Shown here: piece by piece, positions 1 to 9,609 of the stretch | Position numbering within the stretch: position 1 is the first letter of the stretch | Layout of the letters: every line of letters starts with the position of its first letter | NCBI GenBank assembly: GCA_001192655.1 | Contig: BBVC01000022.1 | Location: 11,141 to 43,140, forward strand | DNA from: Caedimonas varicaedens | GTDB lineage: Bacteria > Pseudomonadota > Alphaproteobacteria > Caedimonadales > Caedimonadaceae | Reading direction: 5' to 3' | DNA length: 32,000 nt | Position numbers and translations under genes: made by a program | Notes under the pieces: model-generated | Databases searched by the model: none | The model's input: the letters and a program-made list of their open reading frames with translations, nothing else | Told to the model about the DNA's origin: nothing

Positions 1-521
1 TCATCACACCACTTTTTATATTTGGGGTAATAGTCTTTGTTGAAAGCGTCACATGTCTGACGCAGAGTATCATGAAAATCCCGGGTATCTTCATCATAAG
101 GATAGTAAGGCGTAAGATCAGTCCCCCCCCGAACCAGGATTTGGTCGTTATAATATGACGTGTGTTCATATGAATCGCAGGTACCAGCGGAGAAGCCATA
201 TGGGCAACCAGAGAAATACCACTTGCCCAGAAACGTGGATCTTCCACAGCGCCAGGAATCTCTGCCCGAAATTTTGGAGAAAACTCCCCCCAAACAGTAG
301 AGACATTAACACCTACCTTTTCAAATACTTTTCCTTTCATCAGCGCCATTGTCCCACCGCCCCCGCTTTCACGTTTCCAGGTTTTATAGGAAAACTGGAC
401 TGAATCTGAAGGAGGATGGGACTGGCAATACGTGATTTCAATCGCTTCAAAAAGCCGCACAGATCTGATCGCGAAGACTTTCAAACCAATTTTGGGCAAG
501 AACTTTTTGTTGATCAATCAT
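1..521 (-). CDS. hemF: Oxygen-dependent coproporphyrinogen III oxidase HemF. The 3' end is cut by the window edge and the frame is broken twice at homopolymers.
   Basis: Minus-strand translation from ATG 519-521 gives [24 protein letters not shown] | [69 protein letters not shown] | [41 protein letters not shown]. These match HemF signature blocks (WFGGGxDLTPYY, YPxYKKWCD). Bars mark frame changes at the + strand A5 run 449-453 and C8 run 123-130. It is missing from the ORF track because no stop lies inside the window. Confidence 0.8.
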
Positions 522-969
522 GGAGATGGGAAAAGTTTTGTTTGTCTCAAGGCCTCATTTAACACCATGGCGCCCGCCAATGCAACATTGATTGAACGCC
601 GATCGGGAAGCATGGGGATCTTGAGATGGATTTGGATTTGTTGAACAATTGTGACAGGAACTCCAGAGCTTTCCCGACCCAAGAGAAGGGTATCATCTTT
701 TCAAAGATAAAATCGAGAAAGGAATGGGAAGTATGGGGCGTCATCAGAATCAAACGTCCCGGACATACTTTGAGAAAGTCTTCCCATCCTTGATGGCGCG
801 TTAGGCTTGCACGCTCGAGATAATCCATACCGGCACGCCTTAAGCCAGCATCTGATAAAGGAAACCCACATGGCTCTATAATATCAAGGGGAACACCCAG
901 ACAGGCGCCAAGTCGTAAAAGCGTCCCCGTGTTTTGGGGAATTTCAGGTTGATAAAGGGCAAGGCGCAT
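518..969 (-). CDS. trmL: tRNA 2'-O-methyltransferase TrmL (SpoU/TrmH class), with a frameshift in this sequence.
   Basis: The track ORF 559..969 starts MRLALYQPEIPQNTGTLLRLGACLGVPLDIIEPCGFPLSDAGLRRAGMDYLE, a TrmL N-terminus. After ..FLDFIFEK the conserved C-terminus DDTLLLGRESSGVPVTIVQQIQIHLKIPMLPDRRSINVALAGAMVLNEALRQ continues in another frame down to TGA 518-520. The switch is at the T4 run 698-701. The stop overlaps the hemF ATG (ATGA). Confidence 0.8.
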
Positions 970-1054
970 CTTTAATTTTCCCCTACGTGTTTGACTCTCC
1001 AGGTATTTTCAGGAAAAATACATAAATCTTCAAATGCTTCTTTATAAAACTTTA

Positions 1055-1063
1055 TGATAGAAT
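1055..1063 (+). promoter_or_regulatory. Candidate extended -10 promoter element (TGaTAGAAT) for rseP.
   Basis: TGATAGAAT at 1055-1063 lies in the divergent trmL/rseP intergenic region, about 100 nt upstream of ATG 1161. There is no good -35. This is a motif match by eye only. Confidence 0.25.
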
Positions 1064-1160
1064 GCGACCTTGATTGATTTTATCGTTTTTCCTTTTAATT
1101 TGTCTTGCGCGAACGCATTTGGGACTTTACACTTCAAGAATTAAAAAATCACTATTAAGA

Positions 1161-2297
1161 ATGGATCATAGGATGTCTCTGATTAACCTCGTTTATTATA
1201 ATATTATTCCTTTTATCCTGGTTCTTTCTCTTCTTGTTTTTGTCCATGAATTGGGACACTACCTTGTTGCGCGCTGGAATGGTGTAAAAGTTGAGGTGTT
1301 TTCCATTGGGTTTGGCGCTGAACTTTTCGGCTGGACAGACCGTGTGGGAACACGCTGGAAAATCAGCATCATTCCAATGGGGGGCTATGTCAAAATGTTC
1401 AGCGATCTGAACCCCGCAAGCCAACCGGACCAGACACTCATTCAAGAGATGAGCGAAAAGGATAAAGAAGTCTCTCTTTTTCATAAAACAGTCTGGCAAC
1501 GAATTGCTGTTTCTGCAGCGGGTCCTTTGGCGAATTATCTCTTTGCCATTTTCCTTTTTGGAACACTTTATATTTTTATGGGACAAAAAATTCCTTCTGA
1601 GGAGACGAAAATTGGTCACATTATGCCCAAAAGCGCCGCTGAACAGGTTGGACTTCAGGAAGGTGATCTTATTCTGGATATTAATGGCATCACAACAGGA
1701 ACATTTGTCGAGCTTCAGAAAATTATCCAGGAAAATCCAGGGCATGAAATTGACCTTCATGTGCAGCGTGAAGAACAGAAGATGATGATTCGCGCAACAC
1801 CCCAGGCAATAAAAGTAAGAGACCATGAAATAGGAAGGCTGGGCATTACCCCTTCCTATCATGAAGTCAAACGTTCCCCTTTAACCGCCTATTTTTATGC
1901 CGTAGAAGACGTTCACACTTTCAGCGCAAAAACTTTGGCTCATCTGGGGCAAATGATTGTAGGCAATCAATCAACAGATGGGCTGAGCGGGCCCTTGGGG
2001 ATTGCCAATTTGACAGGAGAAGTGGCACGTAAAAGTCTGGTAGACCTCATATGGTTAACAGCGTTATTGTCCATTAATTTGGGATTGATTAATCTATTCC
2101 CTGTTCCTATGCTTGATGGCGGACACCTTCTTTTCTATTTTATAGAAGCCATTCGTGGAAAAGCTGTTTCCGAAAAAGTTCAGGAAGCTGGCTATCGTAT
2201 CGGATTTAGTCTTGTCATGTTGCTGGTAGTGATTTCTACATGGAATGATTTATCCCATTTGAAAGTATTTGAGTTTTTTAAAAATATCTTTAACTAG
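1161..2297 (+). CDS. rseP: RIP zinc metalloprotease RseP (site-2 protease).
   Basis: It has the HELGHYLVARW zinc motif in the first TM segment, a central PDZ-like segment (AAEQVGLQEGDLILDINGI) and the second catalytic motif NLFPVPMLDGGHLLF. The track ORF starts at TTG 1074. The in-frame ATG at 1161 (MDHRMSLINLV..) is more plausible. Confidence 0.9.
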   Translation: MDHRMSLINLVYYNIIPFILVLSLLVFVHELGHYLVARWNGVKVEVFSIGFGAELFGWTDRVGTRWKISIIPMGGYVKMFSDLNPASQPDQTLIQEMSEKDKEVSLFHKTVWQRIAVSAAGPLANYLFAIFLFGTLYIFMGQKIPSEETKIGHIMPKSAAEQVGLQEGDLILDINGITTGTFVELQKIIQENPGHEIDLHVQREEQKMMIRATPQAIKVRDHEIGRLGITPSYHEVKRSPLTAYFYAVEDVHTFSAKTLAHLGQMIVGNQSTDGLSGPLGIANLTGEVARKSLVDLIWLTALLSINLGLINLFPVPMLDGGHLLFYFIEAIRGKAVSEKVQEAGYRIGFSLVMLLVVISTWNDLSHLKVFEFFKNIFN

Positions 2298-2335
2298 ATC
2301 AGTATGCCTTAAATTTTTGATGTGAGGGTTGTTCG

Positions 2336-4608
2336 GTGAGAAATTTGTTTCTGGTGTTTATTTTTAGCCTTTTTTCGTGTGTTTCTATATTTCCAGCAAA
2401 TGCGGCGGGAGAACAATTTTTATATTCAGAATATACGTATTGATGGCAATGTTCGTATTGAGCGTGAAACCATACTCTCTCAAATCGACCTAAAAATGGG
2501 ACAGGGATATACCCATGAAGATCTGGATAAAGCCCTGAAAAATCTCTATTCTACAGGTTTTTTTGCGGATGCTTCCCTCAGGATTGACGGGTCAACGCTT
2601 GTCATTCAAGTGAAGGAAAATCCTATTGTCAATCAAATTGAATTTGAGGGGAATGATAAATTATCGGACGATATCCTGAAAACTGAACTTCAATTGCGCC
2701 CCCGACAAACCTATACTTTGGCGCGCCTTCGCAATGATACCCAACGCATTCAGGATCTTTATCGCCTCAAAGGGCATTTTGCTGCAATTGTCACGCCCGA
2801 AATTATTCAGCGGGATCAAAACCGGGTCGATGTTATTTTTAAGATAAAGGAAGGTGAGCCAACAGTTGTTCGTCAAATTTTCTTCATCGGTAATAAGAAA
2901 TTCGATCATAGCAAGCTTGAAAGTACAATCCAGACCAAGGAAACACGTTGGTATCGCTTTTTTACCTCTGACGATAATTATGATCCCAACCGCCTTGCCT
3001 ATGATCGTGAACTATTGCGGAAGTTTTATCTCGAACATGGCTATGCTGATTTTCAAGTAAAATCAGCCGTTGCTGAACTTACGCCCGATCAGAAAGAATT
3101 TTTTATTACTTTTACCCTTCATGAAGGAGAACGTTACAAGATTGGGAAGGTAGACATTAAAACATCCCTGAAAAAGGTAAACTTAAACGCATTGCGAAAG
3201 GTGATTACTTTTTCTTCAGGTGATTGGTACAGCAGCAAGGATGTAGAAAAAACGATCTCTGCTCTGACGGATGCCTTGGGAAGCATGGGCTATGCGTTTG
3301 TTGACGTACAGCCTGATATCCAGAAAGATCAAAAAGGTCATATTCTGAACGTTACTTTCAATATTCAGGAAGGCCCCCGTGTCTATGTGAATAAAATCCA
3401 GATTTTCCAGAATGATCGTACAGATGATGAGGTCATTCGACGGGAAGTGCGTTTTTATGAAGGTGATGCATTTAATACCTCTATTTTGAAAGATTCAGAG
3501 AAACGCCTTAAAGATCTTGGCTTCTTTAAAAAAGTGACCATCAATAAAAAACCAGGGAATGCTCCTGATTTGGTGGATCTAGACATTCAGGTTGAAGAGG
3601 AGAGGACGGGAGAGTTGAGCTTTGGTGCAGGTTTTTCCACAGCGGATGGCCCCCTTATTGATGCCAAGTTTGCTGAACATAATTTCCGCGGAAAAGGACA
3701 AGACCTGCGCACAGGCGTGACATTGGCCAAGCGCCGTCAGGAATATGATATTGGTTTTACAGAACCTTATTTCCTGGGTCGTGAATTAGCCGCAGGATTT
3801 GATATTTATCGTGTCACTCGCACTCGCCTTCAAGATGCCCCGTTTGACCAGCAAATTAATGGGGTGAGTATAAATTTGGGATATCAGTTAAGCGAGTATC
3901 TCTCTCAGGTTTTGGGGTATCGTATTCAGACTGATAATGTTAACCATATCCGCCAGAATGCTTCTCTCTATGTAAGAGAGCAAGCAGGAAATAAATTGAT
4001 GTCTGCTGTTTCCCAGGAAATTGCCTATGATCGAAGAGACAGTAAAATTAATCCAACAATGGGATACGTTATAGGTTTCGGCAATGATTTGGCAGGTCTT
4101 GGCGGAAATATCTCTTTCCTGAAAAACCAAATCAGGGGAGCTTATTATTATCCTGTGTTTTGACGATGTCGTTATTGAAGTGAGAGGACGGTACGGCATC
4201 ATGTTTGGGTTGGGAAGAAAAACGCGTATTGCTGATCGCTATGTCCTGGGTGGAGAATCCTTACGTGGATTTGAGGCAGGGGGCGTGGGACCTCATGATA
4301 CAGTGACCAAGGACCCCTTGGGTGGGCAACAATTCTATGCCGCCGGATTTGAGGTTACTTTCCCGATCGGTCTTCCCAATGAGCTTGGCGTAAAAGGCGC
4401 TCTTTTCTCAGATACAGGAAGCGTTTGGCAATCAAAGCTGACAGGCCCTAACCTTATTGATAAGCCATCGTTGCGTGTTTCAGCGGGCGCTGGGTTACGC
4501 TGGAAATCTCCTATGGGCCCCATTAAGATTGATTTTGCAGAAGCCATTCTGAAAGAAAAAAGCGATCGGACACAATTTGTGCTATTCGGATTCTCATCGC
4601 GTTTTTAA
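2336..4608 (+). CDS. bamA: Outer membrane protein assembly factor BamA (Omp85), split over three reading frames in this sequence.
   Basis: POTRA repeats and the barrel lie in track ORF 2379..4163. The barrel end lies in ORF 4180..4608 and finishes ..VLFGFSSRF with a terminal aromatic residue. A signal peptide, VRNLFLVFIFSLFSCVSIFPANA, starts at GTG 2336 in a third frame. The junctions are at T5 2417-2421 and T4 4158-4161. Removing one T at each gives ..ANAAGEQFYIQNIRIDGN.. and ..YYYPVFDDVVIEVRGRYG... Confidence 0.88.
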
Positions 4609-4619
4609 AGGAGAAAAGG

Positions 4620-5207
4620 TTGAATTTCAAACAGCTTATTTTGGTCACTTTTATCCCGACTTTTGTCTGTTCTGGAAACGCGATTTCTGGGCAAGAACAG
4701 AAAATTTCTTCAGAAAATAAAAATACGAAGGAATCTGGCCAACCTTATGACATTGCTGTTGTCAATATTGATAAACTTTTGCATGAATGCAAGGCGGCTA
4801 AACAAGTACAAATTGAGCTGGAAACTCAACGATTCAAGTTCCAGGAAGAAATGAAAAAACAGGAAGAATTCTTTCTGGCGTGGGATAAAAAGCTGGTTGA
4901 ACAACAAAAAGATATGAAGTCCGAAGAATTTGCGGAAAAACGCAAAGAATTTGATGCGAAACTGGCAAAAGTACACCAAAAAGCCACCCAGCACCGTGAA
5001 CAGCTTGAAGCAGCTTTTAATGAGGCTATGACAACAGTACAGGAAACGATCCTGTTATTAATTCGTGATGCCGCCGTTGAAAATAAGTACAAACTCGTTA
5101 TTCCACGAAGTTTTGTTATTTTTAGAGAAGATGCTCTTGAAATCACAGACGAACTTCTGAAAAAATTGGATGAAAAACTTCCCTCTCTCACTTTAAAATG
5201 GTCTTAA
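4620..5207 (+). CDS. skp: Periplasmic chaperone Skp (OmpH family).
   Basis: It has an N-terminal signal-like segment followed by a K/E/Q-rich coiled-coil of about 170 aa. It occupies the canonical position between bamA and lpxD. The start is TTG, 6 nt after AGGAG (4609-4613). Confidence 0.8.
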   Translation: MNFKQLILVTFIPTFVCSGNAISGQEQKISSENKNTKESGQPYDIAVVNIDKLLHECKAAKQVQIELETQRFKFQEEMKKQEEFFLAWDKKLVEQQKDMKSEEFAEKRKEFDAKLAKVHQKATQHREQLEAAFNEAMTTVQETILLLIRDAAVENKYKLVIPRSFVIFREDALEITDELLKKLDEKLPSLTLKWS

Positions 5208-5220
5208 AAGATAAACAATC

Positions 5221-6273
5221 ATGATTGATCCACGCTTTTATAAATGTTCTGGCGCCCTTAGCCTCAAGAAGCTTTCTGAAGTTTCCGGAGCAGAAATCGT
5301 CATGCCCCTTCCTCTCAATATGACTGAAGATTCGGCTTTTGAAAATGTGGCGACTCTTGAAGATGCGACACCTTCCGATATCTCTCTGTTTCATAATCTG
5401 AAATACAGGAACGATTTTCAGAGCAGCAAGGCAGGCGTTTGTTTTACTCAGCACGCAGCCGTTGAACTTGCTCCAAAAGGAATAGCTTTATTGGTTTCTG
5501 ACTCTCCCCAACGAAGCTTTGGCCTTGCTCTTGCCGCACTGTATCCTCAGGCAGAGGGACAGATGTCCTCTATGACTTCTCCTGCCCACCCCACAGCCCA
5601 AATAGGAGAAGGAACAATCCTTGAATATGGAGTGGTGGTAAAGGAAAAAGCAAGGATTGGAAAACACTGTCGAATTGGAGCAAACACTGTGATTGGCGCC
5701 GGGGTCGATATTGGCAATCACACGTGGATTGGGCAAAATGTGACGATCTCTCATGCCATTATTGGTTGCCGCGTTGTAATTTATCCTGGTGTACGGATAG
5801 GTCAAGCAGGTTTTGGCTTTGCCATGGATAAGAGAGGATTTGTGACAGTTCCTCAATTAGGAAGAGTCATTATCGAGGATGATGTAGAAATTGGCTCAAA
5901 CGCGACGATTGATCGAGGAAGTTTGCGGGATACAATCATTGGGCAAGGATCACGCCTGGATAACCTTGTCATGATTGCACACAATGTTGTTTTGGGAAAA
6001 GGATGCGTTCTGGTTGCACAAGTCGGCATTGCAGGAAGCACTCGATTAGGAAATTATGTCATTGCTGCAGGCCAGGCAGGCATCATTGGACATTTAGACA
6101 TCGGCAATGGCGCCCGCATTGGTGCTCAATCTGGCGTGATGAGAGACATTCCCGAGGGCGAAACTGTGCTGGGCAGTCCTGCTATTCCGCTCAAGGATTT
6201 TATGCGTCAAACTGCGACGCTTAACCGTATGGTAAAACGATCTCCAGCAGAAAGGAAGAAGACGCGTGAGTGA
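5221..6273 (+). CDS. lpxD: UDP-3-O-acylglucosamine N-acyltransferase LpxD.
   Basis: The 350-aa product has an N-terminal LpxD domain, then long left-handed hexapeptide repeats ([25 protein letters not shown]..) and a C-terminal helical tail. Synteny is skp-lpxD-fabZ-lpxA. Confidence 0.92.
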   Translation: MIDPRFYKCSGALSLKKLSEVSGAEIVMPLPLNMTEDSAFENVATLEDATPSDISLFHNLKYRNDFQSSKAGVCFTQHAAVELAPKGIALLVSDSPQRSFGLALAALYPQAEGQMSSMTSPAHPTAQIGEGTILEYGVVVKEKARIGKHCRIGANTVIGAGVDIGNHTWIGQNVTISHAIIGCRVVIYPGVRIGQAGFGFAMDKRGFVTVPQLGRVIIEDDVEIGSNATIDRGSLRDTIIGQGSRLDNLVMIAHNVVLGKGCVLVAQVGIAGSTRLGNYVIAAGQAGIIGHLDIGNGARIGAQSGVMRDIPEGETVLGSPAIPLKDFMRQTATLNRMVKRSPAERKKTRE

Positions 6274-6732
6274 ACAGGAAAAAGTAAGTAAGGGTATTGT
6301 GCTGGGCTATCAGGAAATTACGGAGATGCTCCCTCACCGTTATCCTTTTTTGATGGTTGATCGAGTTGAGAAAATTATTTCCAGTGAAAGTGCTGTGGGT
6401 TTTAAGAACGTGACCGCAAACGAATATTTTTTTCAGGGTCATTTTCCACAATATCCTATTATGCCGGGCGTTTTGATTATTGAAGCGATCGCTCAAACCG
6501 CAGGAATTCTGGTTTGTTACAGCATGAATCTGAAAAATCAGCGACACGTCTATTTTATGTCTATTGAAGAAGCAAGGTTTCGTCGTCCTGTTGTTCCCGG
6601 AGATATATTGGAACTCAGAGTACAAAAATCCAGAATCGCAAAACGATTTGGAAATTCAAAGGAGAAGCTCTAGTCAATGGCGTTGTTCATGCTGAAACAA
6701 TTTGCACGGCCATGGTCGCAGGGGATTCATAA
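6266..6732 (+). CDS. fabZ: 3-hydroxyacyl-ACP dehydratase FabZ, with a frameshift near the 3' end in this sequence.
   Basis: FabZ hot-dog motifs are present: [36 protein letters not shown] and [10 protein letters not shown]. The track ORF ends early at 6673. The conserved tail [27 protein letters not shown] continues in another frame to TAA 6730-6732. The start is GTG, overlapping the lpxD stop. Confidence 0.88.
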
Positions 6733-6735
6733 TTA

Positions 6736-7539
6736 ATGGTCTCTTCCATCCATCCAACAGCGATTATTGAAAAATCTGTTAAAATAGGAAAAAACGTCAG
6801 GATTGGCCCTTATTGTGTCCTGACAGAACAGGTTGAGCTGGACGACGGCGTTGAGCTTATCTCTCATGTGACGTTGGCAGGGCGCACAAAAATTGGAAAA
6901 GAAACAAAAATCTATCCCTTTAGTTCTATCGGTCATCCAACCCAGGATCTTAAATACAAGGGCGAACCTTCAACCCTGACCATTGGAGCCCACAACATCA
7001 TTCGGGAATATGTGACCATTCAGGCTGGCACAGCCGGGGGAATCATGAAAACCGAGGTGGGTGATCATTGTCTTCTGATGGCCAGCACCCATGTGGCCCA
7101 TGATTGTATTCTGGGAAATCGTGTGATTATGGCTAATAACGCAACGCTTGCTGGGCATGTTATTGTAGAAGATCACGTCATTATTGGCGGACTTTCTGCC
7201 ATCCACCAATTTGTCCGCATCGGCACCCACGCCATTATCGGCGGCATGAGCGCCGTTGAACACGATGTCATCCCTTATGGCGCCGTTAAGGGAGAACGGG
7301 CAAATCTTTATGGTCTTAATCTGATTGGTCTTAAACGTCGGGGAGCAGGTCGAGAAGAGATCGAGACTTTGCGGGAAGCTTATAAAAACCTGTTCTCCCA
7401 GGACTTTACGCTGGCAGAACGCGTTCAGAAAACAGCAGAAAAATTTGTTGAAAATCCCAGAGTTATGGAGATCATCGATTTTATTCGCGCAGAATCTACA
7501 CGCTCTTTATGTGTGCCAAAAGATCATGAAAGCCTCTGA
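6736..7539 (+). CDS. lpxA: Acyl-ACP--UDP-N-acetylglucosamine O-acyltransferase LpxA.
   Basis: The 267-aa product starts IHPTAIIEKSVKIGKNVRIGPYCV, followed by hexapeptide repeats and the LpxA C-terminal helical domain (LNLIGLKRRG..). It lies between fabZ and lpxI. Confidence 0.93.
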   Translation: MVSSIHPTAIIEKSVKIGKNVRIGPYCVLTEQVELDDGVELISHVTLAGRTKIGKETKIYPFSSIGHPTQDLKYKGEPSTLTIGAHNIIREYVTIQAGTAGGIMKTEVGDHCLLMASTHVAHDCILGNRVIMANNATLAGHVIVEDHVIIGGLSAIHQFVRIGTHAIIGGMSAVEHDVIPYGAVKGERANLYGLNLIGLKRRGAGREEIETLREAYKNLFSQDFTLAERVQKTAEKFVENPRVMEIIDFIRAESTRSLCVPKDHESL

Positions 7540-8362
7540 ATCTCCCAAGTTAGGCATTATTGCAGGAAGCGGTGATCTTCCAAGAGAAATTATCAAAGTC
7601 TGCCAGGCAGAGAGACGGCCCTTCCTGGTATTAGCCTATGCGGGTCAAACAGATCCTGAAACTTATTTACAACATCCTCATATCATGGGTCGTTTAGGAA
7701 AAGTGGGAGAAGCCATTCAGGGTTTAAAAGAAGCACAGGTTAAAGAGTTGGTTCTTGCGGGGCGATTTCACAGACCCTCTTGGACAGAATTAAAGCCAGA
7801 TGCCCTATGCGCAAAATGGCTTGCCCAGTCAGCAAAAAATATTTTTGGAGATGACTCTCTTTTAAAAATTATTATCCAGAACTTGGAAACGGAAGGATTT
7901 CGTGTCGTTGGTGCTGAAGAGATTATTGGGGAAAAGCTCTTGGTTCCCGAGGGAGTGTTGGGGCGCTTTCATCCCGATGAACAAGCGACAAGAGACATTG
8001 ATTATGGTTTAAAAATCATCAGGGCTTTGGGAAAATGTGATATTGGACAGGCTGTTGTTGTTCAGCAAGGTCTTGTTCTGGGTGTTGAAGCGATTGAAGG
8101 GACGGATCAGCTTTTAGTGCGATGCCGGCTCTTAAAACGCGAGGGAACAGGTGGGGTATTGATAAAGATTCTTAAACCCTTTCAGGAAACACGCGCTGAC
8201 CGCCCTACCATAGGACCGCAAACAATCATCCATGCCCTTGAGGCGGGCTTAAGGGGTATTGCCGTGGAAGCGGGTGGTGTTATTGTCCATCAATTGCCGA
8301 AAATAGTTGAAATTGCAGACAAAAATGACTTCTTTTTAATTGGACTGAAGATAAAATCATGA
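7526..8362 (+). CDS. lpxI: UDP-2,3-diacylglucosamine pyrophosphatase LpxI (DUF1009).
   Basis: MKASESPKLGIIAGSGDLPREI.. and ..CDIGQAVVVQQGLVLGVEAIEGTDQLL.. are typical of LpxI. It sits between lpxA and lpxB as in Alphaproteobacteria. The track ORF starts at 7325 inside lpxA. The ATG at 7526 gives a 14-nt overlap with lpxA and a normal length. Confidence 0.8.
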   Translation: MKASESPKLGIIAGSGDLPREIIKVCQAERRPFLVLAYAGQTDPETYLQHPHIMGRLGKVGEAIQGLKEAQVKELVLAGRFHRPSWTELKPDALCAKWLAQSAKNIFGDDSLLKIIIQNLETEGFRVVGAEEIIGEKLLVPEGVLGRFHPDEQATRDIDYGLKIIRALGKCDIGQAVVVQQGLVLGVEAIEGTDQLLVRCRLLKREGTGGVLIKILKPFQETRADRPTIGPQTIIHALEAGLRGIAVEAGGVIVHQLPKIVEIADKNDFFLIGLKIKS

Positions 8363-8369
8363 AGAAAGA

Positions 8370-9501
8370 ATGGATATGATTCATGTTTATCTTATTGCAG
8401 GAGAGGCATCAGGAGACCAGGTAGGGGGGCGTTTGATGCAAGCTCTGCAACGCAAATCTGATGTCACATTTTCTGGGATAGGGGGAATGCACATGGAACA
8501 GCAGGGGTTACGTAGCCTGTTCCCTATGAGCGATCTTTCCATCATGGGAATTTTTGAAGTTTTACCCCATATCCCTCATTTGCTGAAACGTCTTGGGGAA
8601 ACAGAGCACGATATTCTTAAAAAACGTCCTGACGTCGTTGTGACCATTGATTCTCCGGGTTTTAATTTCAGAATTGCAAAACGCCTTAAAAAGAAAGGCT
8701 TTCCCGTCATTCATTATACAGCGCCCACAGTCTGGGCATGGCGCCCGGGGCGCGCCAAAAAAGCTGCCAAATTACTGACTCACTTGCTAACGCTTTTTCC
8801 TTTTGAGCCACCTTACTTTGAAAAAGAAGGACTCTTCACGACTTTTGTGGGACATCCACTGATTGAAATGGATATTTCTCCCCAGCGCAGGGAAGGATTC
8901 CGACAACGTTATGGTTATACAGAAGAGCAACCTCTCCTCTGTCTTTTACCAGGCAGCCGGCAGAAAGAAGTTGATAAGCTCCTACCTCTTTTTGTAGAGT
9001 CTTTTAAGACTTTTTAAGGTCACATCTTCCTGATCTTAATATCCTCTTGCCTGTTGTCCCTCATCTTGAGTCGTCCATTCGAGATCGTCTCAAGGATTCA
9101 GCATTACCCATCAGGATCATTTCTGATCCCCAGGAAAAATTGCAGCAATGGCTGCCAGCAATATTGCTCTGGCCGCTTCTGGAACAGTAGCTCTTGAATT
9201 GGCATTGACTCAAACACCTACTGTAATCGCCTATAAAATTAATCCTCTGACAGCTTGGGTGATGCGACGTCTGATTTTGACGCCCTATGTATGCCTGGTC
9301 AATATTCTTTTAAATCAACGTGTCGTGCCGGAATTGTTACAGGAAAATTGCACAACAGAAAATATTGTAGAAAATATCCTAAAAGAAATGCAGGGAACAC
9401 AGCAGGAAAAATTAAAAGAAATTCGAGCGCTTATTTCGCCTCTCAAAGGAATGCCCAGCGATACCGCAGCGGATCAAATTTTACGATTAGTAAAACGTTA
9501 A
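8370..9501 (+). CDS. lpxB: Lipid-A-disaccharide synthase LpxB, split over three reading frames in this sequence.
   Basis: The N-terminal part is track ORF 8370..9017 (IAGEASGDQVGG..IDSPGFNFRIAKRLKK). The C-terminal part is ORF 9148..9501 (..AASNIALAASGTVALELAL..PTVIAYK). The middle segment, SHLPDLNILLPVVPHLESSIRDRLKDSALPIRIISDPQEK, is open in the third frame. The junctions are at T5 9011-9015 and A5 9135-9139. Confidence 0.88.
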
Positions 9502-9559
9502 CAACCGATCTTGACATTTGTTTTTCAGGCAAAACATAGCCTGTATTTTACAAATATCG

Positions 9560-9591
9560 TCGTCCTAGGGAAAATCTTTTCCCTAAGACGA
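9560..9591. terminator. Candidate bidirectional stem-loop terminator between the convergent lpxB and orphan genes.
   Basis: TCGTCCTAGGGAAAA / TTTTCCCTAAGACGA forms inverted arms with one mismatch. It is located between the 3' ends at 9501 (+) and 9610 (-). The flanking U-tract is only moderate. Confidence 0.45.
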
Positions 9592-9609
9592 GTTCTACGT
9601 TGATCAAAA

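Noticed and set aside
155-644. Track ORFs 155..403 and 432..644 on the + strand.
   Set aside because: They lie antisense to recognisable hemF and trmL coding sequence and have no motif of their own. They are shadow ORFs.
1155-1862. A 235-aa minus-strand ORF inside rseP. Similar long antisense ORFs occur at 4826..5191, 5488..5856, 6221..6625, 14981..15436, 15489..15983, 19474..19932, 27363..27809 and 29966..30541.
   Set aside because: Each overlaps a gene with strong family motifs on the other strand. Their low-complexity or odd composition is typical of antisense frames.
7325-7525. The upstream 67-codon extension of the lpxI track ORF. The TTG 1074 start of rseP and the TTG 16572 start of the MFS pump are similar cases.
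   Set aside because: The extensions overlap the preceding gene or lack an RBS. Internal ATGs at 7526, 1161 and 16599 give normal protein lengths and N-termini.
2336-9501. Reading the bamA, fabZ and lpxB breaks as loss of the outer-membrane/lipid A pathway.
   Set aside because: Neighbouring lpxD, lpxA, lpxI, skp and rseP are intact. All breaks are single-base homopolymer changes with otherwise undegraded coding sequence, and the same error type affects unrelated genes. I keep this as a flagged alternative, not the preferred reading.
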